A program made the translations under genes and the position numbers. Positions 1 to 11,303 of a stretch of DNA of 64,000 bases are shown here, piece by piece. Origin of the DNA: an uncultured delta proteobacterium (GTDB lineage Bacteria > Myxococcota > Myxococcia > Myxococcales > Anaeromyxobacteraceae); assembly GCA_963766715.1 (NCBI GenBank), contig CAVYBH010000011.1, positions 160,001 through 224,000 on the forward strand, in the 5' to 3' direction. Position 1 is the stretch's first letter, and each line of letters starts with the position of its first letter. The notes under the pieces were generated by a model. It ran no database searches and was not told where the DNA came from. It saw nothing but the letters and a program-made list of their open reading frames with translations.

Positions 1-20
1 CCGTTATACTTCGCCGCCTC

Positions 21-1475
21 ATGGGTTACGAAGCAGCCTTCGACAAGCTGAAGGACGAGTGCGGCGTTTTCGGCATCTGGGCCCTCGGGGGCGACCTCGA
101 CGCGGCCAACTTCACGTACCTCGGGCTCCACGCGCTGCAGCACCGCGGGCAGGAATCGGCCGGGATCGTGGCCACCGACGGGAAGACCCTGCACATCCAC
201 CGCGGGATGGGGCTCGTCGCCGACATCTTCACCGCCGCCGTCCTCGACACCTTGAAGGGCGGGGCCGCCATCGGCCACGTCCGCTACTCGACGACCGGGC
301 AGAGCCACCTCAAGAACGCCCAGCCCATCGCCGTGCAGTACTCGGGCGGCGCGCTGGCGGTGGCCCACAACGGCAACCTCGTCAACGCCGAGCAGCTCCG
401 CAACGACCTCGAGGCGGCGGGCTCCATCTTCCAGACCACGAGCGACACCGAGGTGCTGGTCCACCTCATGGCGCGCGCGCGCACCGAGTACCGCCCCGGC
501 ACCCGCGATCACCTCCTGGGCTCGCTGCGCCAGGCCCTGGGCAAGGTGAAGGGGGCCTACAGCCTCGTCCTCCTCACCGAGACGACGATGATCGGCGCCC
601 GGGATCCCATGGGCTTCCGGCCGCTGGTGCTGGGGCGCCTCAAGGGAAGCTACGTGCTGGCCAGCGAGACCACCGCGCTCGACCTCATCGAGGCCGAGTA
701 CATCCGGGAGATCGAGCCCGGCGAGATGGTGGTGGTCGACGAGACCGGCTTCCACTCCGAGCGGATCTTCCCGGGCGTCGAGCCGGAGCGGACCGGGCGC
801 TGCGTCTTCGAGCACATCTACTTCGCGCGCCCCGACTCCGTCCTCTTCGGCCAGTCGGTCTACGCCAGCCGCGCCGCCTTCGGCGCCCGCCTCGCGGCCG
901 AGCAGCCGGCCGAGGCCGACCTCGTCATCCCGGTGCCCGACTCGGGCGTGCCTGCCGCCATCGGATACTCGAAGGCGAGCGGCATCCCGTTCGCCATGGG
1001 GCTCGTCCGCTCCCACTACGTCGGGCGCACCTTCATCGAGCCGGCCCAGTCCATCCGCCACTTCGGCGTGAAGCTGAAGCTGAACGCGGTGAAGGACATG
1101 CTGAAGGGGAAGCGGCTGGTGGTGGTGGACGACTCGGTGGTGCGCGGCACCACCTCCCGCAAGATCGTGAAGATGCTCCGCAACGCCGGGGCGACCGAGG
1201 TGCACATGCGCATCTCCTCGCCCCCCACGCAGTGGCCCTGCTACTACGGCATCGACACGCCCAACCGGCAGGAGCTCATCGCCAGCTCCCACAGCGTCGA
1301 GGAGATCGCGCGCTACGTGACGGCCGACTCGCTCGGCTATCTCTCCCTCGAGGGGCTGTACACGGCGCTCGGCGAGCAGCGCTCCCGCTACTGCGACGCG
1401 TGCTTCTCCGGCGAATACCTGCTCGAGTTCCCGAAGCAGAAGTCGCAGGCGCCGCTTCGCCTCGTCGGGGCGTGA
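21..1475 (+). CDS. purF: Amidophosphoribosyltransferase
   Basis: Propeptide then CGVFG nucleophile; [36 protein letters not shown] motif; Cys ligands (CYYGID, CDACF). Confidence 0.98.
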   Translation: MGYEAAFDKLKDECGVFGIWALGGDLDAANFTYLGLHALQHRGQESAGIVATDGKTLHIHRGMGLVADIFTAAVLDTLKGGAAIGHVRYSTTGQSHLKNAQPIAVQYSGGALAVAHNGNLVNAEQLRNDLEAAGSIFQTTSDTEVLVHLMARARTEYRPGTRDHLLGSLRQALGKVKGAYSLVLLTETTMIGARDPMGFRPLVLGRLKGSYVLASETTALDLIEAEYIREIEPGEMVVVDETGFHSERIFPGVEPERTGRCVFEHIYFARPDSVLFGQSVYASRAAFGARLAAEQPAEADLVIPVPDSGVPAAIGYSKASGIPFAMGLVRSHYVGRTFIEPAQSIRHFGVKLKLNAVKDMLKGKRLVVVDDSVVRGTTSRKIVKMLRNAGATEVHMRISSPPTQWPCYYGIDTPNRQELIASSHSVEEIARYVTADSLGYLSLEGLYTALGEQRSRYCDACFSGEYLLEFPKQKSQAPLRLVGA

Positions 1476-1533
1476 TTGGGAGCTGCCGCCCCACGCGGCG
1501 GGTCCCTCGCGAACCCGTTTTCCGGGAGGACCC

Positions 1534-3511
1534 ATGGCAGTCACCTCGGTCGCCGTCGCCTCGCTCGCCTTCCTCCTCGCCGCCGATCCCGCCGTGGCGC
1601 CCGCGCCCGAGCGGCTCGCCACCGACTCCTCGCGGGTCACCTCCGCAGGGACGACCTTCACCGCTCCGGGCGGCTGGTCCATCGCGACCCGCGGGCAGGT
1701 GATGGTGCTCGAGCCTCCAGAGGCCGACTCCCGCCTGGCGGTCGTCGAGGTCCAGGCGAAGGACGCCTACGCGGCCGTCGCCGCCGCCTGGGCGGCCTAC
1801 CGGCCCGGTGCGAGGTGGCCGGTGAAGCTCGCCACGCCGCGCGCGCCCCGGGACGGGTGGGAGGAGCGGCGGTTCTTCGACTACGAGACCTCGCCGAACG
1901 AGCGCGCCACCGTCTTCGCACTGGCCGAGCGCGCCGGCGCGAGCTGGACCGTCGCCATCGTCGACGCCAGCGACCCCACCTACGAGAAGCGCGCGGCGCA
2001 GTTCCAGCTGGCCATGGGAAGCCTTCGACCCGGAGGGCTACGCCCGCGAGCGCTTCGCGGGCCGGAAGGCGCACCGGCTCGACCCGGCGCGGATCGCCGA
2101 GCTGCGCAGCTTCCTCGAGGACGGGATGCGGCAGCTCGACATCCCGGGCGTGGCGTTCAGCCTCGTCCAGGACGGCAAGGTGATCCACGTGGGCGGACTG
2201 GGAGTGAAGGAGATGGGCAAGCCGGCCCCGGTCGACGCCGACACGCTCTTCCTCGCGGCCTCGAACACCAAGGCGCTGACGACCCTCCTCCTCGCGGCGC
2301 TGGCCGACGAGGGGAAGCTCGGCTGGGAGCAGCCGGTCACCGAGATCTACCCCGGGTTCAAGCTGGGCGACGCGGAGACCACCCGCCAGGTCCGGGTCAA
2401 GCACCTGGTGTGCGCCTGCACCGGCCTCCCGCGCCAGGACCTGGAATGGCTGCTCGAGTACGAGCGGGAGACGCCGGAGTCGGCGATGAAGCTCCTGGGC
2501 ACGATGCAGCCGACGAGCAGGTTCGGCGAGGTCTTCCAGTACAGCAACCTCATGGCGGCGGCAGCCGGGTTCATCGGCGGCCACCTGGCCGACCCGAAGG
2601 CCGAGCTCGGCGCCGCCTTCGACCAGGCCATGCGGAAGAAGCTCTTCGACCCGCTCGGCATGAAGACCACCACCTTCGACTTCGCCCGCGCCCTGAAGGG
2701 GAACCACGCGACGCCGCACGGCGACGACGTCGACGGCCGCACGCTGCCGGCGCCGGTGGGGCTGAACTACGCGGTCCTCCCCGTGCGCCCGGCCGGCGGG
2801 GTCTGGACCAGCGCGAGGGAGCTGACGAGCTACGTGCAGATGGAGCTCGCGAACGGGATGCTCCCCGACGGGCGCCGGCTGGTGTCCGAGAAGAACCTCC
2901 TCGAGCGCCGCAAGCCGCAGATCGCCCTGGGCGAGGATGCGACCTACGGCATGGGACTCATGGTGGACAACCAGTGGGGGATCCCGGTGGTCCACCACGG
3001 CGGGGACATGCCCGGCTACCACAGCGAGATGTTCTGGTTCCCCGAGAACGGCGTCGGCGCGGTGATCCTCACCAACTCGGACGCCGGCTGGCGGCTGCGC
3101 GGACCGTTCCTGCGGCGCCTCGCCGAGGTGCTCTTCGACGGGCGCCCGGAAGCCGAGGCCCAGCTCGCGAACGCCGCCGAGACGCGCAGGGCGGCCATCG
3201 CCAAGGCGCGCGAGCGGTTGGTGGTCCCGGCCGCCGGGGCGGAGGCGGCCAGGCTCGCTCCGTCCTACGGGAGCCAGAACCTGGGCCGGATCGCCGTCCG
3301 GAGGGAGGGCGCGGCCACGATCTTCGACTTCGGGGAGTGGCGGAGCGAGGTCGCGTCCCGCAAGAACGACGACGGCACGACCTCCTTCCTCACCATCGCG
3401 CCCACCCTGGAGGGCTTCGAGTTCGTCGTCGCCGCCCGGGAGGGGAAGCGCGCGCTGGTCATCCGCGACGCGCAGCACGAGTACGTCTTCGTCGAGGCGC
3501 CTTCCCCGTAG
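1534..3511 (+). CDS. Secreted beta-lactamase-family serine hydrolase (one +1 frameshift near 2031, probably a sequence error)
   Basis: Signal peptide; SxxK (ASNTK), YxN (YSN), HHGG; reading SLRP/EGYARERFAG joins the two ORFs. Confidence 0.85.
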
Positions 3512-3615
3512 CGGGCGGACCGGTACCCGGAAAGGCGAAGCCGGCGGTCCCGGGTTCAGGGCCCGGGACGGCCGGCTCCACGGGCTCCAGCACCGGAGCC
3601 CCTCCCCCGCCTCGA

Positions 3616-3809
3616 CTATCCGTGCGCGGTGGACGCGGATTCCGCCGCGGCGACGGGCGAACGGGCGGGGACACGCTGGGCGCCGAGGAGATCTGGGCGA
3701 CGAAGGCGCCGAGGACGACGGCCAGGAAGCCGACGACGAAGGCGTCCTTCCAGCCGCGCCGCCTGTCGATCTCCGGGAAGTGCAGGGTTTGCCGGGTCTG
3801 GGTCGTCAT
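3616..3809 (-). CDS. Small single-pass membrane protein (3' end uncertain)
   Basis: ATG at 3809 after GGAG; MTTQTRQTLHFPEIDRRRGWKDAFVVGFLAVVLGAFVAQ has one hydrophobic helix. Stop is either 3616 (needs a frame change) or 3459. Confidence 0.45.
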
Positions 3810-3973
3810 GGCTGGCTCCGTTCCGCGTCGGGTGGGAATCCGTTCGCAGCAATGGAGGCGTGGCCGGGACCGATGTGACGGAAACGCCGAGCTGAGACCC
3901 ATCGGGGTCCGATCGACAGCCGGGATTCGGGGCCGGACGCCGCAGGGCGCGATCCGCGCTACGCTCCTCGCAC

Positions 3974-5080
3974 ATGCAGTCCCAGCCTTTTCGCGTGCAG
4001 GACGGGTCGGTCCGGATCTACCGGATCCTCGACGTGGCCGACGGGATCGACCTCGTCCGGGCGGAGGCGCTGGCGGCCTCGCCCAAGTCGCGCTTCCGGC
4101 TGGCCAGCCCTCGACTGGCCCTCGAGGTCGCCCATCCGCCGCTCCGGCTCGGCCTGGGCGCCCGCGACGTCCGCATCGCCGGGGTTCCACACCGCGTGGA
4201 GGTGCAGGCCAGCCTCTTCGACTACGGGGTGGCGAGCGTCCTGCTCGAGCTGCCCATCGCGCCGGGCACCTCCCTCGACGAGCTCGTCCCGCTGGCCGAG
4301 GCGCTCATCGAGCAGGCCACCCCGGAGATCGACGAGGTCGCGCGATCGGTGGCCACCGACCTGGGCGGCGCGCTCGCGGCGGCGCTCTCGAGGCCGCACG
4401 CCTGGGAGGGCATGGAGACCTACACGGTCTTCTTCGTCCGGTCCTTCGATCGGCGCGTCACCGGCGCCGAGCTCGTCGAGCACGCGCCGCTCGCCCGCCT
4501 GCTGCTCGGCGAGACCGACCCGGTGCCGCTCTCCTCCGGCGAGCGGGCCGACGTCCTCAAGCATCGCTTCGCCTACCTCGAGACCGACCTCGCGGTGGTC
4601 GACTGGAACAGCGCCTTCGTCCACGAGCCCAGCGGTTCGAGCGACGTGCCCGACCTCCTCGAGCTGGCCACCGCCCAGCTCCTCGAGCTCCGCTACTACG
4701 ACGCCTTCCTCGACCGGGAGCTCTCCGCCATCCGGGGCGAGGTGGAGCTCGCCCGCCCGCCCCGCCTGTTCACCCGGCGTTACAACCGGCTGATGCACCG
4801 CACCGCCGCGCTCCTCGTCGACATGTCGGAGATGGTGGAGCGGGTGGAGAACGCGGTGAAGATCGTGGGCGACTTCTACCTGGCCCGGCTCTACCAGGCG
4901 GCGCTGCGCCGCTTCCGGCTCCCGGCCTGGCAGGAGTCGGTGCTGCGCAAGCAGCGCATGCTCTCCGAGGTGTACCGGATCCTCTCCGACGGCGCGGACA
5001 CGCGCCGCTCCGAGATGCTGGAGCTCACCGTCATCGCCCTCATCGCCTGGGAAGTGCTCTTCGCCTTCGTCCGGCACTGA
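3974..5080 (+). CDS. Conserved hypothetical protein with C-terminal membrane anchor (RMD1/DUF155-like)
   Basis: Coding-like 368 aa [30 protein letters not shown]-terminal [14 protein letters not shown]. Confidence 0.65.
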   Translation: MQSQPFRVQDGSVRIYRILDVADGIDLVRAEALAASPKSRFRLASPRLALEVAHPPLRLGLGARDVRIAGVPHRVEVQASLFDYGVASVLLELPIAPGTSLDELVPLAEALIEQATPEIDEVARSVATDLGGALAAALSRPHAWEGMETYTVFFVRSFDRRVTGAELVEHAPLARLLLGETDPVPLSSGERADVLKHRFAYLETDLAVVDWNSAFVHEPSGSSDVPDLLELATAQLLELRYYDAFLDRELSAIRGEVELARPPRLFTRRYNRLMHRTAALLVDMSEMVERVENAVKIVGDFYLARLYQAALRRFRLPAWQESVLRKQRMLSEVYRILSDGADTRRSEMLELTVIALIAWEVLFAFVRH

Positions 5081-5296
5081 GCCGCGGCCAGGGCCGGACC
5101 CCCCGGAAGGGCCTGTTCTTGGGGCTTTTTTGATCTTCTCCCACGGTTGATCGACGGATCATGCCCATTTGACGGGCCAATTCGCACAGGCAGGTGTTGA
5201 CTCGCCGATCCGAAAGCGATATCCGGGACACCTGATTCGCCGGCCCGGCGCGGGTTTCGCGACGGTTTCCCGGCGGTGCCCCAAGGAGGGTCGCAC

Positions 5297-5587
5297 ATGA
5301 GCATGACGCAGGCTCAGTTCTTCACCGCCGTTGCCGAGAAGGCCGGAATCTCGAAGGCCCAGGCCAAGGCCGTGTTCCAGGCCGTCGAGGAAGTCGTGAT
5401 GAAGAGCCTCAAGTCCGCCGGCAAGATTCCGCTGGGTGGCCTCGGGGCCGTGAAGCTCCAGCAGCGCAAGGCGCGCATGGGCCGCAACCCGGCCACGGGC
5501 GAGGCCATCAAGATCGCCGCCAAGACGGTCGTCAAGATCGCCCCGGCGAAGGGTCTCAAGGACGCCTTCAACAAGAAGAGCAAGTAG
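5297..5587 (+). CDS. hup: HU family DNA-binding protein
   Basis: ARMGRNPATGEAIKI arm motif; AGGAGG SD before the ATG. Confidence 0.93.
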   Translation: MSMTQAQFFTAVAEKAGISKAQAKAVFQAVEEVVMKSLKSAGKIPLGGLGAVKLQQRKARMGRNPATGEAIKIAAKTVVKIAPAKGLKDAFNKKSK

Positions 5588-5610
5588 CTCGACAGAAGCC
5601 GTGGTTCCGG

Positions 5611-5650
5611 GGGCCCGTCGGACGCGATCCGGCGGGCCCTCCTGCATTTC
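5611..5650 (+). terminator. Probable intrinsic terminator after hup
   Basis: GGGCCCGTCGGA-CGCGA-TCCGGCGGGCCC hairpin with a weak T-containing tail. Confidence 0.55.
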
Positions 5651-5678
5651 CGGGCCCTTCGAGCGGCCCGGATCTTCC

Positions 5679-5707
5679 TTGACAACCCCAGACCCGATCC
5701 GTAGCCT
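5679..5707 (+). promoter_or_regulatory. Sigma70-type promoter for nuoE
   Basis: TTGACA-17 nt-TAGCCT ending 33 nt before the ATG. Confidence 0.6.
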
Positions 5708-5740
5708 GCGAGGACTTTTTTCGAGGCATCTCCGACCTTT

Positions 5741-6274
5741 ATGTCCCATCACGACCACGCAGAATCGGAGCGGGGCCCGCAGGACATCGCGGAGTTGCCG
5801 AAGGACAAGGTGGCCCGGTTCGACGCCGCGCTGCCCGAGATCCTGAAGCGCTACCCGGCCGATCACAAGGAAGCGGCGATGCTCGCCGGCCTGCGCCGCG
5901 CGCAGGAGATCTTCGGCTGGCTCTCGCCCGGTGCGCAGAAGCTCGTCGCCGACCGGCTGGGGGCCTCGGCCACCCGCGCCGAGGAGGTGGCCACCTTCTA
6001 CGTGATGTACCACACGCGTCCGGTGGGCCGGCACGTGGTCGAGGTCTGCACCAACGTCTCCTGCTCCCTGGGCGGCGGGTACGACCTCTTCGAGGATCTG
6101 AAGAAGAAGCTCGACGTCGAGAACGGCGGCACCACCAAGGACGGGCGCATCACGCTCCGCCAGGTGGAGTGCCTGGGTTCCTGCGGCACCGCCCCGGTCA
6201 TGCTGGTCGACGAGGAGATGCACGAGAGCCTCACCCCCAAGGTGATCGACCGCATCCTGGGAGAGCTCAAGTGA
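5741..6274 (+). CDS. nuoE: NADH-quinone oxidoreductase subunit E
   Basis: EEVATFYVMY; 2Fe-2S ligands CTNVSC and CLGSC. Confidence 0.96.
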   Translation: MSHHDHAESERGPQDIAELPKDKVARFDAALPEILKRYPADHKEAAMLAGLRRAQEIFGWLSPGAQKLVADRLGASATRAEEVATFYVMYHTRPVGRHVVEVCTNVSCSLGGGYDLFEDLKKKLDVENGGTTKDGRITLRQVECLGSCGTAPVMLVDEEMHESLTPKVIDRILGELK

Positions 6275-7593
6275 GCGAGACCTTCATCCTCACCAAGCGC
6301 TGGCACAAGCGGGACCCGTCCATCGAGGGCTACCGCGCCGACGGCGGGTACAAGACCCTCGAGAAGGCGCTCGGCATGAAGCCCGAGGCCATCATCGAGC
6401 AGGTGAAGATCTCCAACCTGCGCGGCCGCGGGGGCGCCGGCTTCCCCACCGGCCTGAAGTGGACCTTCCTCCCCAAGGACGTCCGCCCCCGCTACCTCTG
6501 CATCAACGCCGACGAGTCGGAGCCCGGGACCTTCAAGGACCGGTACGTCATCGAGTACGACCCGCACATGCTCCTCGAGGGCATCGCGATCGCCTGCTAC
6601 GCCCTCGACATCCACCTGGCCTACATCTACATCCGCGGCGAGTTCGCCAAGCAGGCCCGGATCCTCGAGAAGGCCATCGAGGAGATGCTCGCGGCGAAGA
6701 TCATCGGCCCCGGCCTGCTCGGCCGGTCCGACTTCCCGCTCGAGATCCACGTGGTCCGCGGCGCCGGCGCCTACATCTGCGGCGAGGAGAGCGCGCTGAT
6801 GGAGTCGGTGGAGGGCAAGAAGGGCTACCCGCGCTTCAAGCCCCCGTTCCCGGCCATCATCGGCCTCTGGGGCAAGCCCACCATCATCAACAACGTCGAG
6901 ACGCTCGCCAACGTGCCCTGGATCATCGAGCACGGCGGGCAGGCCTTCGCGGACCTGGGCACGCCCAAGTCCGGCGGCACGCGCCTCTTCGGCGTCTCCG
7001 GCAACGTGAAGCGCCCCGGCGTCTACGAGAAGCCGGTCGCCTACAACCTCAAGAAGCTGATCATGGAGGACTGCGGCGGCACCCCCAGCGGGCGGCCGAT
7101 CAAGGCGGTCATCCCCGGCGGCTCCTCCTCCCCGGTGCTGCGGGGCGACGAGATCGACATCTCGATGGAGTACGAGGCCATCAAGGCCGCCGGCTCCATG
7201 TCCGGCTCGGGCGGCGTCATCGTCATGGACGACTCGGTGTGCCTGGTCCGCGCGCTCGCGCGCATCTCCATGTTCTACGCCGAGGAGAGCTGCGGCCAGT
7301 GCACCCCCTGCCGCCAGGGCACCCCCTGGATGTGGAAGATCCTCGAGAAGATCGAGCGGGGCGAGGGCACGATGAAGGACCTGGCGCTCCTCGAGCAGCT
7401 GCCCGGGAACATCGCGGGGCAGACCATCTGCGCGCTCGGCGACGCCGCGGCCATGCCGGTGCAGAGCTTCGTGAAGAAGTTCCGGCAGGAGTTCGTGGAC
7501 CACATCGAGGGGCGCGGCTGCAAGCACGGGCAGACCGCCTGGGGCGTCTCCCGAGAGGCCCGCGAGGCGTGGGTCGGCGGAAACCGTCACTAG
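6271..7593 (+). CDS. nuoF: NADH-quinone oxidoreductase subunit F
   Basis: LRGRGGAGFPTG, NADESEPGTFKDR, GAGAYICGEESAL, ESCGQCTPCR; GTG overlaps the nuoE stop. Confidence 0.97.
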   Translation: MSETFILTKRWHKRDPSIEGYRADGGYKTLEKALGMKPEAIIEQVKISNLRGRGGAGFPTGLKWTFLPKDVRPRYLCINADESEPGTFKDRYVIEYDPHMLLEGIAIACYALDIHLAYIYIRGEFAKQARILEKAIEEMLAAKIIGPGLLGRSDFPLEIHVVRGAGAYICGEESALMESVEGKKGYPRFKPPFPAIIGLWGKPTIINNVETLANVPWIIEHGGQAFADLGTPKSGGTRLFGVSGNVKRPGVYEKPVAYNLKKLIMEDCGGTPSGRPIKAVIPGGSSSPVLRGDEIDISMEYEAIKAAGSMSGSGGVIVMDDSVCLVRALARISMFYAEESCGQCTPCRQGTPWMWKILEKIERGEGTMKDLALLEQLPGNIAGQTICALGDAAAMPVQSFVKKFRQEFVDHIEGRGCKHGQTAWGVSREAREAWVGGNRH

Positions 7594-7605
7594 TCGAGGA
7601 GCACG

Positions 7606-8112
7606 ATGGGCGACACAGCCGAGCTGGTGCTTTTCTGGGTCTTCGCCATCCCGCTGATGGCGTCGGCGGCCGGGGTGATCGCGGCCCGCAGCCCGGTCCA
7701 CGCGGCGATGAGCCTGGTGTCGGCCTTCTTCTGGCTGGCCGGCATCTACGTCCTGCTCACGGCGCACCTGCTCGCGTTCGTCCAGATCATCGTCTACGCG
7801 GGCGCCATCATGGTGCTCTTCCTCTTCGTGGTGATGCTCCTGTCGCTCACCGACGCCGAGCTCGGGCTCGAGAAGATCACCGCCCTCAAGGTGGTCGGGA
7901 TCGTGGCCACCGCCGGCATCCTCGCGCTGCTCGTGACCGCCGTCCTGCAGGGCTCCCCGACGGGCCTGAAGCCGGTGGCCGCCGACTTCGGGACGGTCCG
8001 CGCCGTGGGCAAGATCCTCTTCACCCAGTACCTGCTCCCCTTCGAGGCCACGAGCGTCCTGCTGCTCGTCGCCATCGTCGGCGCGGTGGTGGTCGCGAAG
8101 GAGAAGATCTAG
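7606..8112 (+). CDS. nuoJ: NADH-quinone oxidoreductase subunit J
   Basis: QIIVYAGAIMVLFLFVVML and YLLPFEATSVLLLVAIVGA. Confidence 0.96.
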   Translation: MGDTAELVLFWVFAIPLMASAAGVIAARSPVHAAMSLVSAFFWLAGIYVLLTAHLLAFVQIIVYAGAIMVLFLFVVMLLSLTDAELGLEKITALKVVGIVATAGILALLVTAVLQGSPTGLKPVAADFGTVRAVGKILFTQYLLPFEATSVLLLVAIVGAVVVAKEKI

Positions 8113-8114
8113 CC

Positions 8115-8420
8115 ATGGTGCCCACCACCCACTTCCTCGGGCTCGCGGCCTTCCTCTTCGCCATCGGCTTCGCCGGCGTGCTCGTGAAGAAGAACGCCAT
8201 CATCGTCTTCATGTGCATCGAGCTCATGCTGAACGCGGCGAACCTCACCTTCCTCGCCTTCGCCCGGCAGCAGGCCTCCATGTCCGGCCAGGCCATCGCC
8301 TTCTTCGTCATCGCGGTCGCCGCGGCCGAGGCCGCGGTGGGGCTCGCCATCGTCATCGCCGTGTTCCGCTCGCGGGCCACGGTGTCGGTCGACGAGGTCG
8401 AGGTCCTGCGCGATTCGTGA
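8115..8420 (+). CDS. nuoK: NADH-quinone oxidoreductase subunit K
   Basis: MCIELMLNAANL and VAAAEAAVGLAI in the 3' end of the 6459..8420 ORF. Confidence 0.96.
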   Translation: MVPTTHFLGLAAFLFAIGFAGVLVKKNAIIVFMCIELMLNAANLTFLAFARQQASMSGQAIAFFVIAVAAAEAAVGLAIVIAVFRSRATVSVDEVEVLRDS

Positions 8421-8430
8421 GCCGGCGCGG

Positions 8431-9516
8431 ATGACCCCCGCGAAGGCGATCGCCGGGCTCCTGTGCGCGACGGCCCTCGCCGCGGCTGCGTGCGGCGGCG
8501 GCGCACCGGCGGGCGGCGTGGTCGTGACCCCCGGCCCGCAGGACCCGCCCGGGAACCCGGCCCGGACCTGCGCCGTGCCCGTCGAGGGCGCCGCCGAGGA
8601 CGCCTCCCACCCGACCACCGTCGTGGGCACCGGGACCCCCGCGAGCTGCACGCCCGAGGCCTTCGAGGCGGCGGTCGCGGCGGCCGGGGTGGTCACCTTC
8701 GACTGCGGACCGGACCCCGTCACCCTCACGCTGCCGCGCGAGGTGAGGCTCGTGAACGACGCCGGCGCGAACCGCAACGGCGACCTGCTCGTCGACGGCG
8801 GCGGGAAGGTGACGCTCTCCGGGGGAGGGCGCCACCGGATCCTCTACCTGAACGGGTGCGACCCGGCGCAGCACTGGATCACCGACCACTGCCAGGACTA
8901 CCCGCACCCGCGCCTCGTCGTGCAGAACCTGACCTTCGCCGACGGCCTCGCCTCGGAGCCGGACCTCGGGGGCGGCGCCATCTACGCGCGGAGCGGCCAG
9001 CTGAAGGTCGTGAACAGCCGCTTCGTCGGGAACCGGTGCGCGACCTCCGGTCCGGACGTGGCGGGCGGCGCCATCTACGCCTTCCAGCAGGCCGGCCCGG
9101 TGTACGTCGTGAACAGCACCTTCGGGGCCCCGGACCGGGGAAACGTGGGGTCGAACGGCGGCGCGCTGGGGAGCATCGGCGTCTCGTGGACCGTGCTGAA
9201 CGGCGTCTTCACCGGGAACCAGGCGGTGGGCACGGGGCGGAACCCGGCCCGGCCGGGCACGCCGGGCGGTGGGAGCGGCGGGGCGATCTACAACGACGGG
9301 GATACCTTCACCCTCAGCGTGTGCGGGAGCGAGGTGACCGGCAACACCGCCCGGGAGCTGGCCGGGGCGGTCTTCTTCGTGAGCAACGACCTCACCGGAT
9401 CCGTGGTGATCGACCGGTCCACCTTCCGCGCGAACCCGGGCGTCGACGTCCAGGATCTCCCGGGCTTCTTCGTGCTCGCTGGCGCGACCACGGTCACCGC
9501 GTCGACGATCGAGTAG
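8431..9516 (+). CDS. Lipoprotein with right-handed beta-helix / GGAI repeats
   Basis: Lipobox AAAC; repeated GGAIY/GGAL with FxxN motifs. Confidence 0.7.
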   Translation: MTPAKAIAGLLCATALAAAACGGGAPAGGVVVTPGPQDPPGNPARTCAVPVEGAAEDASHPTTVVGTGTPASCTPEAFEAAVAAAGVVTFDCGPDPVTLTLPREVRLVNDAGANRNGDLLVDGGGKVTLSGGGRHRILYLNGCDPAQHWITDHCQDYPHPRLVVQNLTFADGLASEPDLGGGAIYARSGQLKVVNSRFVGNRCATSGPDVAGGAIYAFQQAGPVYVVNSTFGAPDRGNVGSNGGALGSIGVSWTVLNGVFTGNQAVGTGRNPARPGTPGGGSGGAIYNDGDTFTLSVCGSEVTGNTARELAGAVFFVSNDLTGSVVIDRSTFRANPGVDVQDLPGFFVLAGATTVTASTIE

Positions 9517-9522
9517 CGCCGG

Positions 9523-10522
9523 CTACCGCTCGGGGCGCGTCTCCCGCGCGAGCAGGCGCGCCCACCGCCGCGCGCGGGTCCTCGCCCTCGTACAGGATCG
9601 CGTGGACGGCCTGGCAGATCGGCATCTCCACGCCGACCTTGGCCGCGAGCAGGCGGACGCTCCTCGCGTTGACCACGCCCTCCGCCACCTGGCCGAGCTC
9701 CCGCTGGATCTCCTCGAGCTTCTTCCCGGTCCCGAGGCCGAAGCCCACGCGGTAGTTGCGGGACTGGATCGACGAGCAGGTGAGCACCAGGTCGCCGAGC
9801 CCGGAGAGGCCGAGCAGGGTGAGCGCGTTCGCGCCCCGGGCCACCGCGAGCCGCGTGATCTCGGCGAGGCCCCGGGTGATGATGGCCGACCGGGCGTTCG
9901 CGCCCAGGCCGAGCCCGTCGCAGAGGCCGGTGGCGATGGCGACCACGTTCTTCGCGCAGCCGCCGATCTCCACCCCGACCACGTCGGTCGAGGTGTAGGG
10001 GCGGAAGGTCCTCGTGTGGAAGGCGTCCTGCACCTGCTTCGCGACCCGATCCCAGCGCCCGGCCACGGTGACGGTGGTGGGCGCGCCCCGCGCCACCTCG
10101 CCGGCGAAGGACGGGCCGGAGAGGAAGACGAGGTACGGGTGCAGCTCGGGAGGGAGCACGTCCTCCAGCACCTCGCTCATCGTCTTGAGCGAGTCGACCT
10201 CGACGCCCTTCGCCACCGAGCAGATGGGGATGCCGGCGCGCAGGTGCGGCGCCGCCAGCACCGCCACGGGCCTCACCGCGTGGGAGGGAACGGCGACGAC
10301 CACCATCTCCGCGCCCTCGAGGGCCCTGGCCAGGTCGGGCTCGGCGCGGAGCTTGTCCGGGAGCTCGATGCCCGGCAGGTAGCGCGTGTTCTCCCGGCGG
10401 TCCGCGATGGTCTCGAGCGGCGCGGGGTCGGCGTCCCAGATGGCGACCGGGAAGCCCTTGCCGGCCAGGACGGCGCCGAGCGCGGTGCCCCAGGATCCGG
10501 CGCCGAGGACGGTGGTCTGCAT
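9523..10522 (-). CDS. gpsA: NAD(P)H-dependent glycerol-3-phosphate dehydrogenase (+1 frameshift near 9558)
   Basis: [40 protein letters not shown]; corrected C-terminus [10 protein letters not shown]. Confidence 0.95.
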
Positions 10523-10562
10523 GACGATCGTTCCTCCTCTCCCGTCGAGTCCGCGGCCGGCG

Positions 10563-11208
10563 TCACGGTCCGTCGATGTCGAACCTGTGCACCGGGTGGG
10601 GCAGGTCGGTCGCGGTCCGGAGCACGAGCTCCGAGAGCTTCCCGTTCCGCATGTCGTAGACCCAGCCGTGCAGCCAGGGACGCCCCTCCTGCTTCCAGGC
10701 CCGCTGCACCACCGAGGTCTTGGCCAGGTGGTCCACCTGCTCGATGACGTTCAGCTCGATGAGCCGGCGGGAGCGCGCCTCCTCGTCGGGCAGGGCGGCG
10801 AGCTCGTCCTGGTGCCGCTCGGCGCAGTCCTTGATGTTCTGGAGCCAGCGGTTGATGAGGCCGAAGTCCTGCCCGGACATGGCCGCCTTCACGCCGCCGC
10901 AGCCGTAGTGCCCGCACACGATGATGTGGCGCGCCCTGGAGCTCCTCCACCGCGTAGAAGACCACGGTGAGCATGTTGAGGTCGGTGTGGACGACCTGGT
11001 TGGCGACGTTGCGGTGGACGAACAGGTCGCCCGGCTGGCAGCCGGTGATGGTCTCGGCGGGGACGCGGCTGTCGGAGCAGCCGATCCACACGTACGAGGG
11101 GCTGTGGGTGCCCTTCAGCCGCGTGAAGTAGTCGGGGTCCTCCCCGAGCCGCTCCGCCACCCAGCGCTCGTTGTCCGCGAGCAGGCGCCTGTAGTCTTCC
11201 ATTCCCAT
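10563..11208 (-). CDS. can: Beta-class carbonic anhydrase (+1 frameshift near 10935)
   Basis: [18 protein letters not shown], then [12 protein letters not shown] in the next frame. Confidence 0.93.
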
Positions 11209-11303
11209 GGGGCCGAGCGTAGCAGAAGGGCGGCGCGGGTCGATCGCCCCTTCGCCCTGCCTTCCCCTGCGCCAGCGGGGCGCGGGCGCGGTAGGCTCTC
11301 CCC

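Noticed and set aside
3840..3870. Sigma54-like site upstream of the small minus-strand ORF
   Set aside because: GG-to-GC spacing is not 10 nt.
1534..5133. Very long Arg/Pro/Gly-rich ORFs (also 15238..18246, 36676..39699, 36687..39326, 58458..61481 and many others)
   Set aside because: Shadow or off-frame ORFs expected in high-GC DNA; they overlap recognisable genes, and some are fusions created by the frameshift errors.
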